From contig NC_043001.1 of NCBI RefSeq assembly GCF_006345805.1, positions 65,162,001-65,226,000 of the forward strand: a stretch of 64,000 nt of DNA, given 5' to 3'. The notes beneath the pieces were generated by a model. That model ran no database searches. It was not told the origin of the DNA and worked only from the letters and a program-made list of their open reading frames with translations. Position numbers and translations under genes: made by a program. Of the stretch, positions 1 through 11,917 are shown piece by piece. The stretch comes from Octopus sinensis (lineage: Eukaryota). Numbering within the stretch: the first letter of the stretch is position 1; every line of letters begins with the position of its first letter.

Positions 1-316
1 CAAACGGGCACGATAGGTCAATTAATAGTGTTCACTGCACTACTGAGTGCAGCTCTGTGTGCTGTGGGTATGTACTGTGGTTTGTTTTAGTGTTGTCTTT
101 TTCACTGTATTGAAAGTGCTTTACGAAGGATGTGTGCAGTGCCTAGTAGTGGTATTTTCTGTACATCATATATATTCATAAGAGTGGTGCTATTTTCTGT
201 ATATTATTATTATTATGATATGTTTGGTTTTTGCTTTCTATTTGTACAAGTTAATTCCAAGTCTCACCCAAAGACCTCAAGAGACAACTAGTTAGAAGTT
301 CGAGTTGGTGTTATGA

Positions 317-658
317 CTAGGGTGCCATTTCCTCCATATTTGGATTTCCTGGTATCTGGGATAGGTAGCAATCAGCCCCTTTTGCTATCATTGCTGGAGA
401 ACTTATGACAACATGTATTGTTTTAGTCTTGAGGTTCCACATTCTACCAATTTCTGCTTCACGATCTTTATACTTGCTCAGGTTTTGGTAGATCTTGACA
501 GGTACATTTAGGGTTAGGGTTAGGGTTAGGGTTAGATCGATTAGGACAGTTACATTAATGAGGAGGCATAATTTTTGTCTGTAATCCTTCAATATAATGT
601 CTTGTCTATTTGCATGGTTTGGATGGTCTGCCCTACAAGCTTTACTTTTATATGCCAA
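317..658 (-). mobile_element. Remnant of an RLE-type non-LTR retrotransposon (R4/Dong/NeSL-like), C-terminal restriction-like endonuclease region
   Basis: Translation RQDIILKDYRQKLCLLINVTV...LSKYKDREAEIGRMWNLKTKTIHVVI resembles the PD..D..EK..KY..L..E...W motif; degenerate. Confidence 0.7.
508..535 (+). repeat. Interstitial telomeric repeat (TTAGGG)4TTAG
   Basis: Perfect hexamer run inside the RLE remnant; translates as in-frame LTLTLTLT on the minus strand. Confidence 0.9.
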
Positions 659-741
659 ACTTGTTTGGCAGTACCTTAGCAGATATCTATAGTGACTGGT
701 AGCAGAATAAGAGAATTCCTAGTTTTGTGAGTTATGGAGTA

Positions 742-857
742 GTGACACTCCTGAGAAAGGACCCTAACAAGGGGGAAATCAAATAGAAAATTTTAGGTCT
801 CTGATGCTGCTGAACACAGACTTTGACATTTTGGCTGAGTTGTTAGTAAAGAGGTTT
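742..857 (+). mobile_element. L1/Tx1-like reverse transcriptase fragment
   Basis: Frameshifted translation VTLLRKDPNKG...NFRSLMLLNTDFDILAELLVKRF resembles LINE RT motifs 1-2. Confidence 0.5.
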
Positions 858-1409
858 CCATGAGCAGTTTATAAAGCACATGTGGATTTCTGGAAGGATG
901 TCAACTATTTTGCAACAACTCTACAGCCAAGACAGACTAGTATGAGCACCAGTTCTTCACTTTTCAGCATTGTCATTGAATGTTTTATCACCTACTAGTG
1001 ACAGCACATGATGGTAGCTGTTCAGCATAAACCCACAAGTCAGCACTACTCAGGCACTGGGCAAGTATATACAAGATGGTTTCATTGCAATGCAGGCATT
1101 CTAGGCAAACCCATCTGTTAGTATTTCTCTACTTTTAGAGTTTATCTTGAACTGGCAATGTTCTCCAGTAGCACTGCTTGATCCAGGACTGCAACTCTCT
1201 TAAAGAGACAATTTGTGGAAATGAAAAGTGGTGATTATACCTGTTCATCATTGATGAACTGCTGGAGATATTGCAGCCTCAGCATGTAACTGTGAATCAT
1301 CAGACATGGCATGCCCAGTCCCCCACTAATTGAGTGATGATAGCAAATAGTGCATCTGACCAGTGGAATGTGTTCCTAACCTAAAGTAAAAAAAAATGTT
1401 GATACTTAC

Positions 1410-1487
1410 TTGAAGCGCGACAATACCCATCAGCTTGACAGAAAAACTAACATCCTTGTCTTGTATATTTCTGTACAAATTGTCAAT
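1410..1487 (-). CDS. M12B/ADAM-like metalloprotease exon F (catalytic domain): IDNLYRNIQDKDVSFSVKLMGIVALQ
   Basis: tttattttcttag acceptor, gtaagt donor, 78 nt, phase 0-0, in frame with exon E. Confidence 0.85.
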
Positions 1488-1554
1488 CTAAGAAAATAAA
1501 TTTATGACTTTAATTGGTGTAACATATATTTAAAAATACACAAAAAATTGAAAA

Positions 1555-1900
1555 CTAACATCTCTACCTCCACTCTCACTTCTCCCCATCTTCTTCACAT
1601 CACTCTTCCACTCTCACATATCTCTCTCCACTCTCACATATTCTCCTTCACTCTCACATCTTCCCTCCACTCTCGCATTACCCGTCCATTTTCACCTCTC
1701 TTCCTTCACTCTCTTGTGTCTCCTTCCACTCTCACAACTCTGCTTTCACTCACGTCTCCCCATCATCCTCTCATCACCCTTCCACTCTTGCGTATCTCCC
1801 TCCACTTTCACATCTATACCACTACTCTCACGTCTCCCCCTCCACTGTCATATCTCCACCTTCACTTCTCTATCTGCAACTTTACATCTTACTCTTATCT
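1555..1900. repeat. Pyrimidine-rich degenerate tandem repeat (CACTCTCAC/TCTCCC-like units)
   Basis: Low-complexity C/T-rich units. Confidence 0.8.
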
Positions 1901-2073
1901 TTCTTTATACCTATACTGATCATACAATAAATATAATTAAATATATTATATCTTATTGCCATAAATCTATTTGCTAAATGATTATATACATTATCACAAA
2001 TATCCACCACTTTCTGTCTTTATTTCATTTTACATTAATAAGACATTGAAGAAAACAAATTGTTGAAACTGAC

Positions 2074-2146
2074 CCCTTTAAAGACATGAGCAATATATAT
2101 CTGCATTTCCTTAAGTCCTTCATCAAAAGTTTTGTTTTCAACCCAT
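2074..2146 (-). CDS. M12B/ADAM-like exon E: (K)WVENKTFDEGLKEMQIYIAHVFKG
   Basis: tgtcttttcttaaacag acceptor, gtcagt donor, 73 nt, phase 2-0, in frame with exons D and F. Confidence 0.85.
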
Positions 2147-2251
2147 CTGTTTAAGAAAAGACAACCATTAAAATAAAAATAGAATTCATTCAAGTTAGCA
2201 TGCTCCACATATTTCAAACAGGCAATTTGATTCATTTATTCCATCTTACAT

Positions 2252-2567
2252 TTAACCCTTTTGATACTAACCCAGCTGAACCTCATCAGGTTCTATGATA
2301 CAAACTTTCCATTGTAATGTGATCTAAATTTAGACCTTCCATCAAAATTTCACATTAGTTAAATAATGTCCCAAACACCACCTACTAGTGACATCACATG
2401 ATGGTAGCTGTTCAGCATAAACCCACAAGTCAGCACTACTCAGGCACTGGGCAAGTATATACAGGATGGTTTCATTGCAATTATTTTATTAATTATTTTG
2501 TTATTTCAAAATTAAATGTAAGCAAAGGTAGTCTGTTTCAACAGAAATATGACAACAAAATGGTTAA
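2252..2567. mobile_element. piggyBac-like MITE with an internal 103-bp foreign insert
   Basis: Ends TTAA-CCCTTTTG ... CAAAATGG-TTAA; 2379-2481 duplicates 989-1091. Confidence 0.6.
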
Positions 2568-3009
2568 ATAGACCTTTAGTTTACCATTCACAAGAATTTT
2601 AATAATTCTTGCCACTAGTGAATTGATTTAAACTTGTTTAAATGGTAAATTTAAGACTTTAACTTACATAATAAGAAATAACATTGGTGGTGGTGGTGGG
2701 AAGCCTTTTAAAATATGATAGCATTTTAGCAATAAAAGAGAATCAAAACATAAAAAATGATTATTTAAAAATTGTATTTAATGTGAGGAAGAACAGAGGT
2801 GCCTATAGTCCTTATAGGTAGCATCAAATAGGCAAATGTCAAAGTAGTTAATGTATTTGAAAGACATCATAGTTGAATCCTTGAGGTACATTGAAGGGTG
2901 AAAAGGAATTCCATCAACAAATCCTATGTTGAAACTCAAACACTGGAAACTTGGAAAATGACATAAGCTATTTTGTGGAAGTGACAATTTAACCATATTG
3001 GTCATGTAC

Positions 3010-3538
3010 AACAGAGTGTAAGTGTCTTAAGAGAAAAAATTGGGTATAAGAAGCATAAGATATTTGCCTCTTCTCAAGAGAGAAGACTGCATTAATATGA
3101 TCATGTGATGGATATGGACAAGGACAGCTGTGTAAAGAAGTACTGATCTCTAATTGTGGAGGAAACCTGTGGAAGAGATAGACTCAGGAAGATGTGGGAT
3201 GAGGTGGTAAAATATGATCTTCAGATTTTGAGTCTCATGGAGGCGATGACAAGTGACTGAGATTTTTAGCAATTTGCTTTGCTTGAAAAGACATGTCAAG
3301 CCAAGTGAAATTGTTAGTCATGGCCAGTGCCAGTGACATGTGAAAGGCACCCATGCTGGTGATATGCAAGAGGCCCCTATGCTAGTGGCACATAAAAGAC
3401 ATCCATTACACTGTGGAATGGTTGGCATTAGTAAGGGATTGGAGTCTGGTGCAGCTCTCTTGCTTTCCAGCTCCAGTCAAACCATCTTACCTATGCCAGC
3501 ATGGAAAATGGATACTAAATGATGATGATGATGATGAT
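3010..3538 (+). mobile_element. 5'-truncated RTE LINE 3' end with (GAT)n tail
   Basis: Similar to the 3' end of the RTE copy at 12.4-15.3 kb; ends gatgatgat. Confidence 0.7.
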
Positions 3539-4234
3539 TTTATACAATGAAAATCTTTAACTATTACACTCACTATTTCATTTACACCATATTATTCAAA
3601 AATTGTTGTACCTATGTAAATGCAAATGCTCCTAGTAATAAAAGAAAAATTGAAAATTTATACAAGTGTGTGGGCTTTATCACCTTCACACATAGCCTAC
3701 CTAAATTTTTATGCTACCAACAACAAATTTATGACAGACCCACTACATTAATAATCACCCCTAAATTACAATTGGAAGATGAGAAGAATGTGGCCACACT
3801 TAATCTTCAAAACCCTCTGTGTAAATTCTGTTTAAGAAAATGCCTCATTGGCCCCAGATAAATTATCCTTAAGAAGTATTTATTTCATTTTAAAATATAT
3901 TTTAGAACAAAGCTAAAAAGCTAATTTAAAAAAAAATATAAAATTAAGTTGCATGTTCTATGATGTATTAAATAATATACTTCTGATTCAGGTATGTGAG
4001 GTATAAGTTTTAATCAGAAATATCTATCAATGGGTTGCTACTTCTCCATACTAAATAATGTTCTGAATTTGTCAGTCTCTCAGAAAAGATAAAGATGATT
4101 TAACTCCTGCAGTTCTACATTAAAGTTGTGTGAATTGTTCAATTATAAACATACTGGTAAATGTTTTTTTTTACTTTGACTTTATAAAGCAGCACTTTAT
4201 GAATCACAGTTAAATGAATTATAATAATCCTGTT

Positions 4235-4445
4235 TACAATGGGCACAAGGCTTGAAATTTTCTGGGGAAAGGGTTAGGTGATTACATCGAACCCAGTGCT
4301 CAATTAGTACTTAATTTATCAACCTCGAAAGGATGAAAGGCAAAGTTGAACTTGGTGGAATTTGAACTCAGAGCATAAAAGCAGACGTAATGCTGCAAAG
4401 CATTTTGGTCAGTATGCCAATGGTTCTGCCAGCTCACCACCTTAG
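4235..4445 (-). mobile_element. tRNA-derived SINE
   Basis: Minus strand starts with a tRNA-like head (GGTGAGCTGGCAGAA...GAGTTCAAATTCC). Confidence 0.6.
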
Positions 4446-5112
4446 TTGAATGAGTAATAATTATTGCAAGTTTTTACACTAGTAATTTCAACTTTAATTA
4501 ATTAATAATCTTAAAACAACAACACATCTTAGACATTTAATTGGACCATAATTTACTCATAAACAAGTACAATGGCTGACATATGTAGAAGCAGTGCTGT
4601 GCTTGTTAGTTTTCCTGAAGTTCTTCTGTGAGCCAGGAGAAGGCATTAGAAAATGACTCCATTATAACAGGTATGTTTTACAGGATCTCAATTTGCTGAG
4701 AACTAAGTAACTGCTTACTGATTGTTCTAAGTGTAAATGATTAAAAATAAATCAAAGTAGATTTGTTATAAAGTAGCATCATTGTATTTTTCTTTCTGGT
4801 ATACCAAATTTTGACAGTTGGTGAGACATCACTAAGTGTGTGGGCTTAGCCGCGTGGTTACTTCGCTCACTCTGAACTCTCATCGAAGCAGTCCGTCTTA
4901 TTGGAAATCCCCTGTGAAACAGCACTAGTGCAATGAACAATACCAGTTTGAAGAAAAATATGATAAGACTGAAGATAGAAAATACAGTGAAATGTTTAAC
5001 ATAGACAGCACCAAAATTGCTTTGATCTACAGAAAGAATTGTAATAATAGTTTGGAAATATTTGCAGCTCTTACATGGTTGCTTTAATAAGTTTCTGACA
5101 TTATAGTAAAGA

Positions 5113-5836
5113 CTTGCTTAAGTGACCTGCTCTACGTGCGGGTGAGGTTGTGGTTGTTACTTTCTGTTTCTTACCGCCACATTCTCCCTCTATGTTTCTC
5201 TATCCTTTCTCATTTTCCCACTCTCTTACTCTTCCTTTTGGACTTTCCCCCGCTTTCTCTTACTATTTATCTTTCTCTATCTATCTCTCTGCCATTTATA
5301 TAAAAAAAAAAAAGATTTCCGTGTTTAAATTACAAATCCGCTTCCACTTTACCATGTTGAAAATTTGATTGAAATCAGGCAAAAGGTGTCTGATCTCACC
5401 ACCAAGCGTCCCCCAAAATCAATAAAATCCCAGTTTTCACACCAAAGCAGCCACTGTAGCGTCACAAAACGTCTCCCAATCAATTTCTCTCCTCAAGTTA
5501 CCCCCTCCTGTAAATTTGAATCCCTTTCCAACCCCATTTAGACCCCTTTTTATAATAAAATCCAATTTGTATCAACGTTCGCCTTCTTCATTTTATAGAT
5601 AGGATTAGATGCCAATCGCGCCAATCTGGAGGAGCTTAGAGCCTCCTTGAATCTTCTCACCATAGCAACGCATCTTTCCAGATGGCGAGTTTTAACCTAC
5701 TCAACCCTCTGCCTCATCACGCCTTCTATGCTTGTGTCAATTTTCAGCTCGATCTGACCACTGGTGTGGCCGCCAACCTCTGGCGTAGCAAAACATGCAC
5801 ACAATTTTGACCCAAAGCCTCTTTTATATATATAGA
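5113..5836 (-). mobile_element. Non-autonomous Helitron, copy A
   Basis: 5' TCTATATATATAAAA; 3' hairpin CCCGC-ACGTAGA-GCAGG followed by a degenerate CTAG. Confidence 0.75.
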
Positions 5837-6600
5837 CTAGCTTAAGGTGATCCGCTCTACGTGTGGGTAAGAGTGTGGTTGTTACTTTCTGTTGCTTCCT
5901 TTCTGTTTTTTATCACCACAATCTTCCTCTTTGTTTCTCTCTCCTTTCTCTCTCACTTTCCCACTGTGTTACTCTTCCTTTCTCTCAGACTCTCCCTCGC
6001 TTTCTCTTACTCTCTATCTTCTCTATCTCTCTCCCATTTATAAACAACAAAAGGTCTTGAGTAAGTTGAGAAAGAAATATTTTGAAAGATCAATCATAAA
6101 TAACAGGCAGTGACAACGGAAAGGTCTGCTCCAAGACAGACAGCAAAACACTAACATTTAAAAGAGACAGACGAACTTGCGAGCTGAATAAAAAAAAAAA
6201 AATATTGGAAACCAAAGTTTGAAGGGATAGAATCTGAAGATAGTAGGCTCACCATGGCTGGCATTTCTTAACGACGGACAGCAACGTAGTGGCAGTTGAA
6301 CGGCTGGAGTAAAATTTTGAACTTGATATAAAAGAAAATTCCTAAACAACTGCTCCTGTAAATTTTAATCCCATTCCAGCCCCATTTAGACCCCTTTTCA
6401 CATTTTGGTTAATATAACCCGACTTCATTCTGGTCTACTCGAGCCACATTTTATAAGATGAGGAATTTTGTCCTAGAGGTCACGCCTTTCATTTGAGGAT
6501 AAAAATAGTTGCCATGCAAACTCACCAGCACTTTTAATATAGGTGTGCATATTTTCAGCTCAAGCAACCACATAATGCACACATTATATATATATATATA
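5837..6600 (-). mobile_element. Non-autonomous Helitron, copy B, fused head-to-tail to copy A
   Basis: 3' hairpin plus CTAG at 5837-5840 abuts the TC of copy A; homologous to 31970-33140. Confidence 0.75.
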
Positions 6601-6630
6601 TACTTTATTTTAAGCAGCAGAAAATTCAAC

Positions 6631-6678
6631 AAAATCTGTTACTCTGAGTTTCTCGTTGCCGTTCATCAGACAGTTTTT
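6631..6678 (-). ncRNA. Minimal type I hammerhead motif, IR1 left arm
   Basis: AAAAACTGT-CTGATGA-ACGGCAACGA-GAAA-CTCAGAG-TA-ACAGATTTT; near-palindromic helix III; A.A mismatch at the base of helix II. Confidence 0.65.
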
Positions 6679-7833
6679 GCTAGAATGGAACTGATATATC
6701 AATTCAAACTATACTCTTACAAACGCTACACCTTTAAAAAGAAATGGACTTGTTTGATTGGCCCTTTAGAAAAAAACGGTCAATCTTCGAGCGATAAACA
6801 AAAAGGTCAAAAATATATGTATATATATATATATAAAAAACTTATAAAAATTATAAAATCCGAGGAAAAAACCTATTGACGTTAATGAAGACAGTGCAAA
6901 TTAATGCATAGAAATTAAACCTGTTATAAATACTGCAATACATATTTATATTAAAATCTACATATATATATCAACATACACAAAAGGATGCGCGTAAACG
7001 CCATACATACATATACAGACGTATGAATATAAATCTAAATATACACATAAAAGCATGTGTACATATATTCACGCAAACCGTCTCGCACGCAAGCTAAAAT
7101 TCATCTATGTAGCAATTCTCATATACTGAGCAAGGAGGGGGAACAAAAGAAAGGGAGAGAGAGAAAAAGGAACGAAGGAGGGGTGGGGAAAAACGAAATA
7201 AGAAAAAATTATGTATACAAGCAGTGTAACGGTATTATTGGCATATATAGAGACCAGTATACATACACAAGTTTGAATGGATACATATACATACAATCGT
7301 GTATATGTGTGCTTAAGCACAAACATACTTTCACTTACACATATACAGATACGCATGCTTACAAATACATATGCTTTGCTATGCACATACTTATATAAAC
7401 ATTCTAATTTTGACAACATTGCTTTTTTAAAAAAACATTGCTTTTAAAAAATGGGTGCATTAATAAAAATATATACGAAAGACATATAAAATAAAATATA
7501 ACATCCTATTTTGGGTCATTTATAAATAATCAAGGTAATATAAATAATCAAGGTAATCCTATGCAATACAATAACATGAAAACAAAGTTTGTAGGTTTTT
7601 CCTAATATATATGTAGAAACATAAGACTTTGCTATACGGATTAAGATCCGCATAGCTTGGAAACAAAAACAAAATCCATCGTAGCGCTCATCGTTCAAGA
7701 GTCAGAATCAAAATCAAAAATACAAAATATATACTCTATCCATATGGTATATTTATATTCGACATTTTAAATTTAGCCGCATGCCTACATAAGTTCATTA
7801 GCTCACTTCTTTGATTCAAAGAATTATTGTCTT

Positions 7834-9181
7834 TGAATAAGATGTACATTTTTTCTAATAGACAAAGCTTGCACTTATAAGACAATAATTCTTTGAATCA
7901 AAGAAGTGAGCTAATGAACTTATGTAGGCATGCGGCTAAATTTAAAATGTCGAATATAAATATACCATATGGATAGAGTATATATTTTGTATTTTTGATT
8001 TTGATTTTGACTCTTGAACGATGAGCGCTACGATGGATTTTGTTTTTGTTTCCAAGCTATGCGGATCTTAATCCGTATAGCAAAGTCTTATGTTTCTACA
8101 TATATATTAGGAAAAACCTACAAACTTTGTTTTCATGTTATTGTATTGCATAGGATTACCTTGATTATTTATATTACCTTGATTATTTATAAATGACCCA
8201 AAATAGGATGTTATATTTTATTTTATATGTCTTTCGTATATATTTTTATTAATGCACCATTTTTTAAAAGCAATGTTTTTTTAAAAAAGCAATGTTGTCA
8301 AAATTAGAATGTTTATATAAGTATGTGCATAGCAAAGCATATGTATTTGTAAGCATGCGTATCAGTGTATGTGTAAGTGAAAGTATGTTTGTGCTTAAGC
8401 ACACATATACACGATTGTATGTATATGTATCCATTCAAACTTGTGTATGTATACTGGTCTCTATATATGCCAATAATACCGTTACACTGCTTGTATACAT
8501 AATTTTTTTCTTATTTCGTTTTTTCCCCACCCCTCCTTCGTTCCTTTTTCTCTCTCTCCCTTTCTTTCGTTCCCCCTCCTTGCTCAGTATATGAGAATTG
8601 CTACATAGATGAATTTTAGCTTGCGTGCGAGACGGTTTGCGTGAATATATGTACACATGCTTTTATGTGTATAATTAGATTTATATTCATACGTCTGTAT
8701 ATGTATGTATGGCGTTTACGCGCATCCTTTTGTGTATATTGATATATATATGTAGATTTTAATATAAATATGTATTGCAGTATTTATAACAGGTTTAATT
8801 TCTATGCATTAATTTGCACTGTCTTCATTAACGTCAATAGGTTTTTTCCTCGGATTTTATAATTTTTATAAGTTTTTTATATATATATATATACATATAT
8901 TTTTGACCTTTTTGTTTATCGCTCGAAGATTGACCGCTTTTTTCTAAAGGGCCAATCAAACAAGTCCATTTCTTTTTAAAGGTGTAGCGTTTGTAAGAGT
9001 ATAGTTTGAATTGATATATCAGTTCCATTCTAGCAAAAACTGTCTGATGAACGGCAACGAGAAACTCAGAGTAACAGATTTTGTTGAATTTTCTGCTGCT
9101 TTAAATAAAGCATATTACTCTACCACTGGTATTTGAGTACTCTTTTTTCCACCTTGTTTCACATTTATGTGTTTACTCCGG
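7834..9181 (+). mobile_element. 5'-truncated Penelope-like element: ORF C-terminus, 3' UTR and terminal repeat
   Basis: Spacer plus right arm translate NKMYIFSNRQSLHL*DNNSLNQRSELMNLCRHAAKFKM, resembling the LNKRSEL..CRH..KF C-terminus of GIY-YIG PLE ORFs; HHR motif near the 3' end. Confidence 0.65.
9035..9082 (+). ncRNA. Minimal type I hammerhead motif, IR1 right arm
   Basis: Same sequence as 6631-6678 on the opposite strand. Confidence 0.65.
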
Positions 9182-9275
9182 TATATATATATATATGCAT
9201 TAAATATATATGTGTACATATATCCGCATTATATATAAATGTGTGTGTGTACGCATTATATATACAAATGTATAC

Positions 9276-9315
<40 letters not shown>

Positions 9316-9821
9316 AATAGAGATATATACACTTCGTATATATACATTATATATACATATTTATATATAGAACACACACATATATAAATTAACCCAATAA
9401 ATATCTGATTCATAATATTTGTTCTCATGATTGTGTGGTGGTGGTGGCGATAATAATTCTCTCTATGAATGCAGACAGACGTAGAGAGAGAGAGGATGTG
9501 GAAGAAAGAGTGAAGACGGCGGGGGAAAGATAGTAGACACTGTCAAACGTCGTTATAGAGAGAAAGTGAAGGGAAGGGAGGAAAGAGTGAGACATGGAGG
9601 AAGACAGGCAGATAAGAAAATGAAAGAAACGAGAAAAACTTGTCAAAGTGTGGGGTTTTTGCCCAAGTAACCACAGCGTTTGAGATAGGGATTTCTAACC
9701 TAGCCCACTCACATCCTCACCTCATTTTACATGTCCTTGTAAATTTTGGAGTGAATCCGACGGGATCTAGTGCCCTTTAACCCATTCCAATGCCAAAACC
9801 AGACAAACTTTTCGCATTTCT

Positions 9822-10396
9822 ATTTGCCAACATAACATGGCAGTTCTGGTTTAGGAAGAATATTGCTGTAACTTAGTCCCAGGAGACATTGTCTCCAGCT
9901 GGCTATACGACACAATCTGTGTCCTTATATTTTCAAACAAGGGAATCTAGCACCCCAGCTCAGCTCAAAACAATATCAGTGTATCGTGATTTCTGGCTTA
10001 TTTCTTTTCATCAGCACAGAATAATTGTTCGGCTAGAAGCAGAGTTGCCACATTCCTGTTCGAAATATATAGTTTTCAAAGTGACAACTAGTCACTGATT
10101 TATAAATGAGAAAATTGCTATTTTTAAATCTCACAACATGAGTATTGCGATACATAGATACTGTTTTGAGCTGAGCGGGGGTGCTAGATCCCCTTGTTTG
10201 AAAATTTATGACTGCACTGATATACGACACAGATCATGTTTTAGAGCCAGCTGGAGACGATGTCTCTTGGGGCTAAATTACAGCAACATTTATCCTAAAC
10301 TAGGACTGCCCTGTTATGTTGGCAAGCAATCTTTACTACAAAGTACTGTTGCTGAATATCTCATGTTGTGAGATTTAAAAATAGTAATTTTCTCAT
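9822..10396. repeat. Overlapping imperfect inverted repeats; probable MITE 10107-10396 with ~40-bp TIRs plus an inverted partial copy at 9822-9990
   Basis: tgagaaaattgctatttttaaatctcacaacatgag pairs with ctcatgttgtgagatttaaaaatagtaattttctca; 9822-9990 is a diverged reverse complement of 10148-10326. Confidence 0.55.
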
Positions 10397-10569
10397 TTCT
10401 GACATTACTTCAAAAAACCTGAACACAAACTATAAAGAATGTATTCTGTAAATATCTAAATGTTTTTTTTATATAGATGAGGTTTTTTTTTTATTTCTAT
10501 ATTCTTTAATGAACTTATATTTATTTGGCGTTATTTGTAATAAGCTAAAGAATTCATTTACCAACTTAC

Positions 10570-10684
10570 TTTCTTTCATCCACAAGTGCCAAAACTTCAA
10601 TTGTATGCATTTTATGAGTTGACTGTGATGCACGTTTGATACGAGGAGCAGAATTTTGTAATTCGTTTAAATTTAATGCATCAT
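10570..10684 (-). CDS. M12B/ADAM-like exon D: (Y)DALNLNELQNSAPRIKR|ASQSTHKMHTIEVLALVDER
   Basis: ttaattacag acceptor, gtaagt donor, 115 nt, phase 1-2; furin site RIKR followed by IEVLALVD, the first strand of the reprolysin domain. Confidence 0.9.
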
Positions 10685-11084
10685 CTGTAATTAATTTTAA
10701 AAAACAAAACAAAACATTATACTCATACAAAGGTAATCAAATACTGAATGCACACACACATACACACATACACACACACACATCACAACATAGTATAAAT
10801 TAGAAACTGGGTTATACTTCTAAAGCAAACCAATTGATTGTGGGGATTGTGGTAATATGGTGATGAGGGTTTATAATGAATAGTAAAAATATTTATTGAT
10901 AAAAACTGAAACAGATATCATGAGATATCATACTATTAGAATAAAACAAAAGCATTGTGCATGTGGTGAAAATAAGTAGATAGCTTTTGTAGCATTGGTG
11001 GAATGCATCCATGTTCTCTGAGATATGCAGTACAAATAATGTCATAGCAGATAACAGTTAACTTTTGGCTGCTATTTGGACCCT

Positions 11085-11917
11085 GTTGTGTCCACTACTC
11101 TGATTGGTTGGCATTGGCGCAGTTTGTCTCTTGACTTATTTCGCGCCAATGTGTAAACCAACCAATCAGAACCTTCCAATAAGATCATGTGAGACAGCTT
11201 ATTCACAATCCAATTTGAGCCTCCCTTTTGCTTTAAGAGGCGTAAGCAATTCACTATATCTCATCTTTGATCTCCGGCCATTGATCATACCACCACAGAG
11301 CAGCCAGTTCCAGTGACCCAGCCATGTTCCTGCTCCAGCCAGCGACGATGCCAACATACACCATCAAGCAGGACGTTTTCCACCATCGTCGCCTTCATCT
11401 CAACATCACCGTTCTCTACTGTCGCCATCACCACCATTGACTTCAACGATACCTACACAGCACTTGCTCAGGTTTAGCTTACACACTGTTTGTGTATATT
11501 CACCAGTCCAGCACTACCTGCGAGATCTTCTGTACCAATGTAACCTGGTAATGGATTGAAGCACCAACTTCTACATGTGTAGTAACCGCTCTTCTCTTTG
11601 CCACCAACTTCATTGACACAAAACCACTGCTATTGTGTACCCGTACGAACTGGTAATTTATCTCCATCTTGTGTCTGGACATTCTTTCTTTGCTCTGTAT
11701 TGTTATTTCATTCTTATAACACACACAAACACACAGACACAAACACTTGTTGCACGCACCATTGTTGTACTTACAACGGACACACAGACACATGTGTTGC
11801 ACGCACTCTGACACTCCACTCTGCTAGCACCCATACACACTCTTATTGTACACATCCTGTAAATAAAGTCTTACTCTCTCTCAAACAGTAGAACGGTTGT
11901 GTTTTTGGGGATCACAC
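11085..11917 (+). mobile_element. Possible solo LTR
   Basis: TGT...ACA-like ends, AATAAA near the 3' end, CCAAT-type inverted motif at 11100-11170; no TSD confirmed. Confidence 0.25.

Larger units (their letters stand above)
6602..9110. repeat. Palindrome IR1: arms 6602-7833 and 7879-9110, 45-bp spacer
   Basis: Mirror ORFs in the track; about ten differences by eye over ~1.23 kb. Confidence 0.95.
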
